DNA of 64,000 bases from Corallochytrium limacisporum Hawaii. Its lineage: Eukaryota; Protista; Pluriformea. The notes beneath the pieces were generated by a model. The model saw nothing but the letters and a program-made list of their open reading frames with translations, was not told where the DNA came from and did not search any database. Positions 41,867 through 52,650 of this stretch are shown in pieces (positions within the stretch are counted from its first letter, which is position 1; every line of letters starts with the position of its first letter). The position numbers were made by a program, and so were the translations under genes. Where the stretch lies: contig PDIP01000047.1 in assembly GCA_002811645.1 (NCBI GenBank), positions 1 through 64,000 of the forward strand, read 5' to 3'.

Positions 41867-42439
41867 ATGCCTCACTCCACTGGAATCGAGGAGATTATGT
41901 CTCTTGGAAGTACTGGTGAAATTTCTGGGAGCATGAAGCGGTCTGCACCCAACTCCACTACGAAATCGTCAACGAACGGTGAGCCTAGTGCGAAGAGTTC
42001 GGAGTCAACGGTTAAGCGACGGAGAACGAAACTTCCGAAACCCATTACACCCTCCATGGAGAGTAGCATTGCTCTGCATCTGAAGGCAAAGACACCCGGT
42101 GCGACAGAGAAGAGTCTAGAGATTGGAGACCTTTGGCTGCAGGCAGCTGTGGGAGCTCAGAAAGTTTGGGGTGATGCTGAACAGACTATGTGCTACCTCA
42201 GGTCACTGGAGGAGCTCATAATGAGGTACGCCGTGTGGGCCGACAATAATCCGAAGACCACCGAGGTGTTGGAGCAGCTCACTGTAGCACACCCACCCCG
42301 AGGAACCGGCCAAGGGGAATCGTCGGCGGATGCAGAGGGCTCCACCTTGAACAATCAGAACGGTTCCACCCCAACCAGAGAGCCTGCATCGCCGAAGGAT
42401 AAAGAAAGAACGGGAACGTTGACGGAGAAGAATTCATAA
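41867..42439 (+). CDS. hypothetical protein (NLS-like KRRRTK)
   Basis: 190-aa ATG ORF convergent with ATG3; no family recognised. Confidence 0.65.
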   Translation: MPHSTGIEEIMSLGSTGEISGSMKRSAPNSTTKSSTNGEPSAKSSESTVKRRRTKLPKPITPSMESSIALHLKAKTPGATEKSLEIGDLWLQAAVGAQKVWGDAEQTMCYLRSLEELIMRYAVWADNNPKTTEVLEQLTVAHPPRGTGQGESSADAEGSTLNNQNGSTPTREPASPKDKERTGTLTEKNS

Positions 42440-42474
42440 TAGTACACTATTACACAATTTATTTTCAGACACGC

Positions 42475-43398
42475 TCAGACGTACATCTCCCGTGAGTAAT
42501 CGTAGCTAATCGTGGGTACAATAGCCTGCATGAACTTGAGAAAGATCATGAGGTATTGATACACTTCGACTTTATGACCGTTGCTTTCCGCCATCGCAAC
42601 AATCTTTTGCATGACCTCCGCATGTTTGCAGGGATGGATGCTCACCATGGGAGTCTGATAGAAAGGATGGGTTTCCAGGGTCACCGTCTTATCCATGTGG
42701 TCTGGGCTGATGTCCTCGTACATTTCCTCTGGCTTTAGAGGCCGACCATCCTCCGCATAACCGGCTAGCCAAAATCTGGGCACGCGATAGTAATTGTCGT
42801 AGGTAACACTGAGGTCATACCTCCGCGTTGCCAGCACGCTGTCCGGTGCCTGGCTCTGTGTACCCTGTGCCGCAGGTAGTTCGTCAGGGTCGTCTTCTAC
42901 AAGCACCTGCCCGGCAACGTCGTCCAAGTCGGGCACGTCACTGTCATCCTCATCTTCATCCTCGTCCGCCGCGGCAGAATCCTGCAAAGTTGCTTTCATC
43001 GTAAGGTCCTCCGTCAGGTCTGTCACCTGTCGGTCAGCGGTATTGTCACGCTGTGGTTCCAGCCAGCCACCCTCACCATCGTCATCCTCAACAAAGTGAT
43101 CCGCGTGTTCCATGGCACTCTGCATGTCCTTACACCTCTGTGCGCACGGCACACCCTTCATGGTTATGTGCTGCTTTTCGTTGGGCATGTAGTCCTTGGG
43201 TGCATTGCCACCGTTCTCCCACTGCCACGTTGGATATTGGAAGTTGAGGAAATCTCCAGCCAAGACAAATTCTTCTGGCGTGATCATTCCCGTTTTTGCG
43301 AAAGTGCTCTCCTTCATTACTGGCATCATCCGTTCACCGATTCCCAGCAGGAACCGTTGAACGGAATTCTTCGCGTCCAGGTACGCTTTCTCTGTCAT
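42475..43398 (-). CDS. ATG3: autophagy E2-like conjugating enzyme Atg3
   Basis: TGMITPEEFVLAGDFL, TRRYDLSVTYDNYYRVPR, catalytic HPCKHA, YLMIFLKF; likely ATG at 43398. Confidence 0.96.
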   Translation of the reverse strand: MTEKAYLDAKNSVQRFLLGIGERMMPVMKESTFAKTGMITPEEFVLAGDFLNFQYPTWQWENGGNAPKDYMPNEKQHITMKGVPCAQRCKDMQSAMEHADHFVEDDDGEGGWLEPQRDNTADRQVTDLTEDLTMKATLQDSAAADEDEDEDDSDVPDLDDVAGQVLVEDDPDELPAAQGTQSQAPDSVLATRRYDLSVTYDNYYRVPRFWLAGYAEDGRPLKPEEMYEDISPDHMDKTVTLETHPFYQTPMVSIHPCKHAEVMQKIVAMAESNGHKVEVYQYLMIFLKFMQAIVPTISYDYSREMYV

Positions 43399-45017
43399 TC
43401 TGTTAGTTAATGTGCGAGGAATAACTCTGTACGATATCTTTCCCCGTGGTTCTAGCCCAGTTCCTTCATCCCGGGGTCGTTCATTGACGTGCGAAGTGTT
43501 TCTCGCAGATCCGCTTCCACACGAATAGTACGGTCCACCACTTGGATACATTCACATTCTGCATTATATATACCATTCTGGCTCAGGATATCGCGTGCGC
43601 AGCTCATGTAGCCGAAGCCATATTGTCGTGCACGGGCAAGCATCCCAGGAACAGTCTCTGTCTCTCTCTCGCTCTCTCTCTCTGTGTATCTGTCTGTCTG
43701 TCTCTCTCTCTTCCTCTCTGTGGCGCACTCTCCTCTCTACGTCACTTGGACTGGCGGCGGGCACAGTACCAGTATCGTCAGCCTCCGGAGTCTGCACCAG
43801 GTCCACGGGCCAAGACCCAGAGGAGCGCAGTCAATTTACTCTTCAATACGATGACATCCCCCACGTATCAATGACGGGAAGTCGTGGCGAGAGCGCAAAG
43901 CAAGCGCCAAAACCCCAAAGCCAACAATCTCTCCCCTCCCAAAGCGCGGGGCCCGAGGAAACTGCCAACAAACGCACGCACCAACAAAAACACACACACA
44001 CACACCCCGAACCCGCTCCGTTTTCACCGCCGTTCGCAACAGAAAGACTGCGGTACCACCCCCCCCCGGGGGGGGGGCCGTCGCAGAGACGGACACCGGC
44101 CAGGGCAGCACGCAGGGCGTCAGGACACTCAGTGAAAACGCCGTCGTTATCAGCCCGACGGGTGAAAAACCCAATCGGTCAGCCCTCCCCCAGTCTCGAT
44201 CTGTTCGATACCTCGAGGCCGGGAGCGAAGTTTCATTTCCCTTACTTTTGATATTGATATTCCGCTGACCAAAATGATACTCTCACCAATCTTATCGTGA
44301 TATAACATGGTGCTCAGCTCAGGTCGGCAAAAAGTTTGGGAACAGTGGCACGGGAAGTCAATACTTTCAGTACTGCGGCGGCATTTCCAAAGGAGGGAGC
44401 GGGATCGGGGAGTGACGTTCTCCGCCGCTCGCTCTCTGGGGTCTGGCCCTTGCTCCCAGCCCCGAGTCCCCCGCTCTGCGCCCCCCCCCCCCCCGGGGAG
44501 CCTTCTCTGGCGGTGGCCCGTTGCCGTCGGCTTCTGTTGTTGTTTCTTGCAGTTCATTCAGTACGAGAGGAAGGACAACGAACCCATCCGGCCGGCCCCG
44601 GGGGGGGGGGGGGGGGGGGGAGGAGGCGGAGGAATTACGACCGCTCTCCGCGCAGATTAAGAGAAGAAGAGAGAGAAGGAACGGCGCTCTCCCCGAAAGG
44701 GCCGTGCGTCCGTTCCCTGCCCGCTGAGGAACTTCCAGAAGCAAAAAAAACAAAACACCAAAGTAGGCCAAAGCTGGGACACAAACTCTCATATTTTCAG
44801 TATAGCAGGGGAGTACGGTTGCCAAGAATTCGAGCACGTCAGCATGGCAGGCACGGTTGAACATCCGGCAGGCCATTTGCGGGGCAGGCAGCGCCCGGAG
44901 AGGGCTGAGGGTTCGGTCAGCACTCCTGTTGGAAGTTCTCGATCCCATACATTTTTCATGGAAATCCTCGTCGCTGGGCCGCCCGGTCCGGGTCCGTACT
45001 CGTACAGCGGTGGAGCG

Positions 45018-45018
<1 letters not shown>

Positions 45019-45050
<32 letters not shown>
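45019..45050. repeat. (AC)n microsatellite
   Basis: acacac run. Confidence 0.9.
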
Positions 45051-45052
<2 letters not shown>

Positions 45053-45756
45053 ACAGAGCCCGCTGCTCCTCGTCCTCCTCGCCTCCGCAGGGACGCCGCC
45101 GCGTTTCTTTAGGCTCTTGGCTTCCCCCTTTGTCGGGAACCCCCTCCCTCCCTCCCTCCTTCCCTCCCTCCGGGGGGTGGGACGGGCTTTGCATTTTTGC
45201 TTTCTGCGGATGGCCCCGATTTAGGCGTGTGTACGGTCAGGGAGCAGAGAGGAAGGAAGGGAAACCTCGGGCACAGGAGGATCTCGGGTACATGTGTCTG
45301 ATCAGCAAGTTTGTGCCAAGGGGGAGGCAAACTGCCAAGGCCATGGTTGTTTGAGACGTGTTCTGGATTTCCGTGCAAAGACCTCAGTCAACCCAGTAGC
45401 ACGGCCTTGGAGCGACAGTGGTTCTGGCTTTTTCTTTGAGAAACCGGCTATCAAGTGGTATTTGGAGAGCGGTAACAATCCGAGGTAGTAGTTATGCGGA
45501 GATCCCATTACTCTGTAGTATATACATACATGGCTTCAAGGAAGCCTCTTGAAAGATTGAAAAGACCAAGGTCACCGGGATAGACCATTGGACAGAATTT
45601 TGAACGGAACACGGCGCCTCCAGGGATTGCAACGGAACGTTCAGATTGTTTAGGCGTGGAACCCTCTAAAGAACTGGCTGTCATAGCCAACAGCCGTCCA
45701 TTAATTATTCGTGGGATATCATTCCTTGTTCCACTTACAGTATAGATCCGGCCGAC

Positions 45757-48102
45757 ATGGTACCAGCACAGCCCATGGCCCATGAAGCCATGTCACTTTT
45801 CGACAATGGGCAAAACAAATATATTTATGCGAAGACAAGCTCACGGGAGGGCAATGCGACTTGGCTTAAGGAGATTGAGCCTGATCTGCGGTCATTGTTC
45901 GAAGACAACAAGACGGGAATGAGTCGTGCCACTTACATGAATGTGTACACAATTATTTACTCCCTCTGTACAAATAACGCCAGTCAGAAGCAACCGCAGG
46001 ATAGCAATCAGGGTGCCATTTTTGGTGGTGAGGAAGTTTATCGTAGTTTGAGTGAATTCTTGAAGGAACACTTGCAAGGAATTGAAAAGCAAGCCGCGAG
46101 TTTGCAGGATGAAGGACTCCTACGTTATTTTAATACGGAATGGAACCGGTATTTGAGTGCGGCCAAGTGTGCCAACCACTTGTTTAACTACCTCAATCGA
46201 CACTGGATCAAGCGTAAGAAGGATGAGCTGGAGCCTGTGTACTTCATTAATACTCTCTGTCTGGTGTTGTGGCGTGAAGAGGTGTTTCGACCATTAGCTG
46301 ATCGCATTTCCCGGGCACTGCGCATGTTAATCAAGAACGAACGGGATGGTGAGACCATCGACACTAGTCTTGTGTCCCAGGCCGTGCAGTGCCTGGTTAT
46401 GATTGGAGCCAACGACGACGGTGGCTCCGCCTCTCGCAATGACGAGCGTCCGTTGAGCATTTACAGAGTTATTTTCGAACAGGAACTACTTGAGGAAACA
46501 CGAAAGTATTATGAAGCTGAACGGGACGACTTTATCGACAGCAATCCGGTCACAGAGTACATGAAGAAGGTGGAGGCTCGCCTGGAAGAGGAACAGCGTA
46601 GGGTACAGATTCTTCTCCATCCCTCGACAGAAGAGAAGCTGTTGAAGGCATGCAAGGACGTGCTTATCAGCGAGCGCATTGAAAAGTTCTACGATGAATT
46701 TAAGGTCCTTTTGGAGAATGACATGAACACAGATTTGGCCCGCATGTACAGTTTGCTCTTCCGGGTACCCAATGGTCTGAATAAGTGCCAGGAATCATTC
46801 CAGGAACACATTATTCGTCAGGGCAACTTGGCCATCAATGCCAATCTGGAGAATGCGTCTACGGATGAGAAGAAGTACATCAACATTTTGTTGACCACGC
46901 ACCGGAAATACAGCGAACTGGTGCAAAGTGCATTCAACGGCGATTCTTCGTTTGTGGCATCCTTGGACAAGGCATGCAGGGATTTCTTCAACCGCAATGA
47001 AGTCACAAAGAAGGATGCCACGGGCTATAACACACACAAGTCACCAGAAATGCTGGCCAAGTACTGCGACGGATTGTTGCGCAAGTCAAGCAAGACAAAC
47101 GAGGAAGGTGATCTTGAAGATGCACTTAACGACCTCATGGTGATTTTCCAGTACATGGTTGACAAAGATGTCTTCAACAAATTCTACTCGAAGCATTTGT
47201 CTGCCCGCTTGATCAACAAGATGAGCGCTAGCGATGATGCTGAGGAGTCTATGATTTCCAAACTCAAGGTGGCCTGTGGTTACGAGTATGTAAAAAAGCT
47301 GCAGCGTATGTTCCAGGACGTCGGTACGTCGCGTGATCTGAATACTGAATTCAATGGTCATCTCCAACGCCTCGAAGTGAAGCTGGACTCCGCGTTCGAG
47401 GTACAGGTGCTGGCAGCCGGTTCATGGCCCATTGGCAAGCAGCACACAGAATTTATCCCCCCTCCTGATCTTCGCCGGGCCCTGGAACGGTTTGAAGCCT
47501 TCTACAACAAGAAGCACAGTGGTCGCAAATTGGAATGGCAATATCACCGCAGCAAGGCTGACATTGTGGCCCGTTTCAACGGCATGAAGTACACCATTAC
47601 CGGGTGGTCTTATCAGACGGCCATCCTGCTCATGTTCAACGAGCGGGACGAAATCACCTTTGACGAGATCCACCAGGCCACCAAGATTCAGAAGCCTTAC
47701 CTGGAGAAAGTGATCGAAATGCTTTTCAGGACCAAGCTCCTGAAGGGTCCTGAGAAACTGCAGGATGACTCCAAGATTATTCTCAACAAGGACTTTAAGA
47801 GCAAGCGCATTCGCATCAATATTGCCATGGCCCTGCGTCACGAGAGCAAGGCAGAGAGTGAAGAGACTCACAGGACCATTGACCAGGATCGCATGCACAC
47901 CGTGCAGGCCGCCATTGTACGTGTAATGAAGACCCGCAAGACCATGAAGCATCAGCAACTGATTCAGGAGGTGATTGCCCAGGTGAGCCATCACTTTAAG
48001 CCCAACATTTCGGTCATCAAGAAACAGATTGATGCCCTACTGGAGAAAGAGTATATTTGTCGTGATGAGGACTCTCCCGGTGTTTACAACTACGTGGCGT
48101 GA
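45757..48102 (+). CDS. CUL1: cullin-1
   Basis: FNYLNRHWIKR, NPVTEYMKKVEARLEEE, KSPEMLAKYCD, SASDDAEESMISKLK.ACG.EY, neddylation site AAIVRVMK. Confidence 0.95.
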   Translation: MVPAQPMAHEAMSLFDNGQNKYIYAKTSSREGNATWLKEIEPDLRSLFEDNKTGMSRATYMNVYTIIYSLCTNNASQKQPQDSNQGAIFGGEEVYRSLSEFLKEHLQGIEKQAASLQDEGLLRYFNTEWNRYLSAAKCANHLFNYLNRHWIKRKKDELEPVYFINTLCLVLWREEVFRPLADRISRALRMLIKNERDGETIDTSLVSQAVQCLVMIGANDDGGSASRNDERPLSIYRVIFEQELLEETRKYYEAERDDFIDSNPVTEYMKKVEARLEEEQRRVQILLHPSTEEKLLKACKDVLISERIEKFYDEFKVLLENDMNTDLARMYSLLFRVPNGLNKCQESFQEHIIRQGNLAINANLENASTDEKKYINILLTTHRKYSELVQSAFNGDSSFVASLDKACRDFFNRNEVTKKDATGYNTHKSPEMLAKYCDGLLRKSSKTNEEGDLEDALNDLMVIFQYMVDKDVFNKFYSKHLSARLINKMSASDDAEESMISKLKVACGYEYVKKLQRMFQDVGTSRDLNTEFNGHLQRLEVKLDSAFEVQVLAAGSWPIGKQHTEFIPPPDLRRALERFEAFYNKKHSGRKLEWQYHRSKADIVARFNGMKYTITGWSYQTAILLMFNERDEITFDEIHQATKIQKPYLEKVIEMLFRTKLLKGPEKLQDDSKIILNKDFKSKRIRINIAMALRHESKAESEETHRTIDQDRMHTVQAAIVRVMKTRKTMKHQQLIQEVIAQVSHHFKPNISVIKKQIDALLEKEYICRDEDSPGVYNYVA

Positions 48103-48309
48103 ACGTCACGCCCGCGTTCAGTGCAAAGTAGATTCGAAATAGAGAACCCAAATAGAGACACTGCCACAATGGTCACATTTTCTGGATCAAACGTATTTTA
48201 TGTCTTCGAGTTTTGTAAAGGAATAGTAGATTTGGACTCTAATGATGCACAAACAGTTCACCAAGTGTTTCAAAGACGGGACACAATTTACGGATTCTGT
48301 TTTTCTTCT

Positions 48310-50826
48310 TTACGATGCCTCTTCGGTCTTGACTTCTCCACCATTCGCGTTGGCGTTAGGGGCTGACGATTCCGAAGTGGCCATCGCGTTGGCAAACGGA
48401 TGATTGTTGTTGTTGATCTGGTTCAGAATGTCATCCAGGTCAAGGTGTGTGTAGTCATTTTCCTCAACATTGCGGGGCGCCGACTTTTCATTCTCCCCGG
48501 GGGCGACTGAAGCGGGAGTACCAAAGGTCATGTCCCCAAGGTCCGCAGTGATTTGGTTGACAGCATTGGGGATGACCGTCGTGATACCCGTCCGCACGTA
48601 GGAGTTCTTCTCCTGCTCCTTGTTGTCCCCGTCTGTGCTGTAGTAGGGTCCGAAAGCCTCGTCCTTGTCCCGGTTGGGATACAGAGTCCGGAGCTGGGGC
48701 AAATCGTGAACGCGGTCAGCGAGACCACGGATCGCAAGATCCTTGGAGAACCATGGCTGCAAGTGCCAAACCTGCTTCTGACCGTCCTCGTTCTGGCTCA
48801 CCCAGGCCACACTCATGCCACCAATTTCAGAGTCACTGAAACGCAAAATGAACGTACCAGGTTGGCACTGCAAGAGCAGGTCTTGTGCGTGCTGCTTGCC
48901 GATGAAGCCCACAATGAGTCCAGCCTTCCATGTTGCAACCAGATGGCGCTTAACGACCTCTTCAATGCCGTAGAACCATTCCCAGAAGGTGAAGTTGCGG
49001 TTCTGCAGAGGCTCCTTGTTGAACTTATGCCACGTGCAAATGTAATCGGACCCCACTCCAACCTTTTGACCCAAGTAATTCAGACCGTCAGGTTCAATTT
49101 CTCCGCCATTTATGCGCGCAAAATGTTTCGACAAGGCGGCGGCCAAATCGTTCCATGCGACGCTGTCGGGAACCTTCCAGGGCACCCGGGGATCGACGCT
49201 GAAGTGGTTGTCCCAAAGAACGGTGGCCTCAGCATTCGGCAGCTGATTACCGTGCACAATCACAACGATGGGCAGGGACAGCGCGTAGAGCGTCAGCGTG
49301 ATGTCGTTGGGGATGGAGATCGACATGCAGAAACACATGGCGAACTTTTCTTCCGTCACAGTCTCGTCGCTCTTCAAATCACCACGTCGAATCTTTCGGA
49401 GACTCATGTTCTTGAAGTACGCGCGCAGAATCTGGTCGCTCTCGCTGTAGTCCATGACCGATGTGTTGTTGAGAATGTCACCACAGTTGGGCAGGTTCTC
49501 GCCATAGTGGCCCGTACCGGCACCAGTGGCAATGCGGTCTCCTGCCCGACTCCGCTTGCTGCGGGGACCGTTGGCGGCAACGGCAGCGGCAATGTTCCTG
49601 GTGGATGCGCTGGCCAGATCACTGGTCCGCAGTGAAGCAGGAAGCTGCACATCCAGGTTGCTGCCGTCAAAGCCCTCGGGCATGTGTCCGATTTCGGAAA
49701 AGATGGCGGCGGCCTGATATTCATTGACCACCGTAGCGGTGACCTCTGGAGGGTTGACGGGAACGTTCAGTACCTGACTGATGAGGAATCGACAGGACGA
49801 CTGGAACTTGGTCTGCGTCTTCAGTACCTGAGGAGGCTGCTGATCGATCAGGAAAGCCCGCTGAATCAGCTCAATGAGAACGTCCAGAATAAGCTTGCGC
49901 ATGACCAGGATGCGATCCTCGCTCTGGGACATGGGCAGTTGCTGCATCAGCATCTGCACGTGCCGGGTCTGGTTCTTCGTGCTGAACACAATCTCTGCGA
50001 GCTTTTCGAACCAGGTCTGGTATGTGGCAAGCACCTCGTTGCTCTGTTCCTGAGTCAGAGTACCCAGGCGCACCTTTTCACGGAACTGAATGGTCTTGTT
50101 CACCACAACGTGGCGCTGCAGACGCGTAATCAGCTGAATGTTCTCCTCCAGTTTGCCGAGCAGAGTGTGACGGAACTGCAGACAGTTCTTGGCCTTCTGG
50201 CTCACACTCTTCTCAAGCTGCTGGTAGTTCTGCTGCAACTGCTTGTAGTTGGCCTCCTTTTCGGACATTTGCTGCAGAATCTGCTGGTACTTGGCAGCCT
50301 CCTGGTATTGGAAGATAACATCTTCCTGCAATTGGCGGAGCTGCTTAATGTCATTGTCTGCATCCCGAGCTCTGCCCTTTGTGGCCTCAATCTCGTACAT
50401 AATCTTCTCGTGGTCTGCGGTCAAGACGTGCTGTGCGCTAGTCACGGTTGGAGCACCCTTCTCGAGAATCTCCTTCTCGCGCTTCAGGGCATTCGACACG
50501 ACCTGGACAAAGCCCATGGGGTCATTTTCGCACATCTGACGGTAGCTGGTCGCAATTTCTTCCAGCCGCAGACGCAGCAGAAAGCTATCTCCCGGCTGGC
50601 TGGAAATTTGCTGCAGGTACTTGTGCACCTCCTCGAAGAGCTCGCGAACCTTGGTTGCGGCCTGTTGCTGGCCGTCGTCACTGCCGGCCTTGATGGACTC
50701 CCAGTTCTGTTTCTCAAACCATTCCGCAAAGTAGTGCCTCAACTCGATGGGGAATGAGTAACCGTACAGTTCACGCACTGCCGGCATCTGGTGCACCTTC
50801 GACCAGGTTTCTCCCTGGGTCGCCAT
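48310..50826 (-). CDS. STAT: STAT transcription factor (STAT5/6-like)
   Basis: N-domain FPIELRHYFAEW, coiled coil, DNA-binding QPPQVLKTQTKF and SLPIVVIVHGNQ, linker FTFWEWF, SH2 GTFILRFSDSEIGG, candidate phospho-Tyr NSYV. Confidence 0.96.
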   Translation of the reverse strand: MATQGETWSKVHQMPAVRELYGYSFPIELRHYFAEWFEKQNWESIKAGSDDGQQQAATKVRELFEEVHKYLQQISSQPGDSFLLRLRLEEIATSYRQMCENDPMGFVQVVSNALKREKEILEKGAPTVTSAQHVLTADHEKIMYEIEATKGRARDADNDIKQLRQLQEDVIFQYQEAAKYQQILQQMSEKEANYKQLQQNYQQLEKSVSQKAKNCLQFRHTLLGKLEENIQLITRLQRHVVVNKTIQFREKVRLGTLTQEQSNEVLATYQTWFEKLAEIVFSTKNQTRHVQMLMQQLPMSQSEDRILVMRKLILDVLIELIQRAFLIDQQPPQVLKTQTKFQSSCRFLISQVLNVPVNPPEVTATVVNEYQAAAIFSEIGHMPEGFDGSNLDVQLPASLRTSDLASASTRNIAAAVAANGPRSKRSRAGDRIATGAGTGHYGENLPNCGDILNNTSVMDYSESDQILRAYFKNMSLRKIRRGDLKSDETVTEEKFAMCFCMSISIPNDITLTLYALSLPIVVIVHGNQLPNAEATVLWDNHFSVDPRVPWKVPDSVAWNDLAAALSKHFARINGGEIEPDGLNYLGQKVGVGSDYICTWHKFNKEPLQNRNFTFWEWFYGIEEVVKRHLVATWKAGLIVGFIGKQHAQDLLLQCQPGTFILRFSDSEIGGMSVAWVSQNEDGQKQVWHLQPWFSKDLAIRGLADRVHDLPQLRTLYPNRDKDEAFGPYYSTDGDNKEQEKNSYVRTGITTVIPNAVNQITADLGDMTFGTPASVAPGENEKSAPRNVEENDYTHLDLDDILNQINNNNHPFANAMATSESSAPNANANGGEVKTEEAS

Positions 50827-52576
50827 TGTGTCGGTTGAGATTGGCAACTCGACTATTTATTCCTGACTTAAAGTTTCTTTCTTGGTTTATGCGTAGCGCG
50901 CTTCCGATATTCCAATGATTCGATTTGATGTGGTTCAACCTCAGACTGTCCCGTACATATTTTAACCAATGGTGATCGCCCTGAGGAAACCTTTCTGGCT
51001 GGTTGTGAGCCGGTTGTATATCGTAGAGCGAAACTTTGTGGACTATAGTACTTGATTACTGACCAAGTTCACATACCTTTCCCAATTTAGAAACACGATT
51101 CTGGCAGTCTCCGAAAAACTGCCAGGTATGTGTTTACTTTTGGAAAAAACTTTTCCTGTGTCCCTGTACCAGAAGCCCACATTGCTACCAACGGCTGCTT
51201 TGTCGTCGCTGTTTCCAAAGGTTTCCAAAGGTTTCTCTTTCCGGAAAACTCCCGTGCGTGCGTCTGTTGTGTGTGTGTGTGTGCAGTGGTGTGTGTGTGT
51301 GCGTCCACCGCCGAGCGAGAGTGCCTTCAAGTCACAAGGTCCGCTCGTACTGCCTGTGTCTGAGGCCTGTGCCTGGAGGGAGTGGCTCCCGCTTACCTAC
51401 ACAAACACACCGCCGTCCAAAAATAATGTAAAAAAAAATATCTGTTTCTGAGTGCGGCGGCAGCAGCAGCAGTTCCTTCACGGAGCGCGGACGGGCGGCC
51501 GCGCCGCTGGTCGGAGCGGGGCAGGGGGGGACCCACACACACACACTCACACAGAGCGGAGGGGACCGAGAAGGGAAACGAAAATAGAAAGTATACGAAA
51601 AAGAAGAGAGTGGCCCCGCCTCCCCGGGGGGGGATTCCGATGGCCCTGAACCGCAAGACGGAGAGAGAGAGAGTGAGCGCAGAGGAGAGAGGGAGGGTGG
51701 GGTGGGGTGGGTGGGCGCCAGGCGCCAACCTCGGGGATAGTGCCTGACTGCGAGTCTGCGCTTGAGAAGAGTTTTTTTTCTTTTTTGAAAACCGGGGATC
51801 AAAAAAAAACAAACGAGGAACAAAAGAAAAGAAAGGAAGAAGGAGTGCGAGGGTGAGAGACAGTGAGAACAAAATACGAGCAGCCAAACCACCCGCACTC
51901 CGTCCCACCTTCACCTTTCGCTCCCCTCTCCCCTCCGGGAAAAAGGGAGGGGCGGCGGCAGAGGGCAGCGTAGGGAAGGACGCATTGCGAAATAAAAATA
52001 AAAAGAAATAAAGAAAGGAAAGGAAGAAACAATGGACAACCCAGGCAGAGCGAGTGGAGCGGCGGGGAAGGAAGTGAGCACCAAGGAAAAGAGAAAGGGC
52101 ACTAATAAAAAAACACAGAGCGTGCGAGGGAGCGCGAGTGGAGTGAGAGAAACGGGACACAATGAGAGCGAACGAAATGCCACCACCACCACCACCAAAA
52201 AAAAAAAATTGAAAATTGATAGAAATGGGGTCGGCGAAGGAGGGGTTTAAGCTGGCCTGTGGTTGGCGGTTGACCTGTCCCTGATAAGCTAGGCAGAAGA
52301 ACTTGAAAAAAAAAACACCCGAGAGAAAGAGGCAAGACAAGACACAGAGAGAGAGAGAACGAGAGAGAGAGGTACGGAGAGGGTGTAGAGCGTGGAAGCG
52401 TGGCGCAAGCGGGAGACTGGGACTTAACCGCTACCTTCCAACCGCATCAATGGACATACCACCGCGCCGATAGCAAGCCACCCGACTTGAATTGTGAGAA
52501 GAGATTGCGCGCGAGATGACTCCGGGTTCGCCGTTGCAGCCCCTTTCTTCCCGGGGGAACAGCAGCGAATACTTGG

Positions 52577-52604
52577 AGAGAGAGACACACACAGAGACAC
52601 AGAC

Positions 52605-52645
<41 letters not shown>
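52577..52645. repeat. (AG)n/(AC)n compound microsatellite
   Basis: agagag run with acacac interruptions. Confidence 0.85.

Positions 52646-52650
<5 letters not shown>

Noticed and set aside
43390-43576. ATG|GTATAT intron adding a one-codon first exon to ATG3
   Set aside because: The nearest YAG acceptors put the upstream ATG out of frame and only an atypical GAG restores it; a leader intron remains possible but is not called
48553-50757. Two ~360-aa + strand ORFs antisense to STAT
   Set aside because: Shadow ORFs caused by codon bias of the real gene; no ATG start or family motifs
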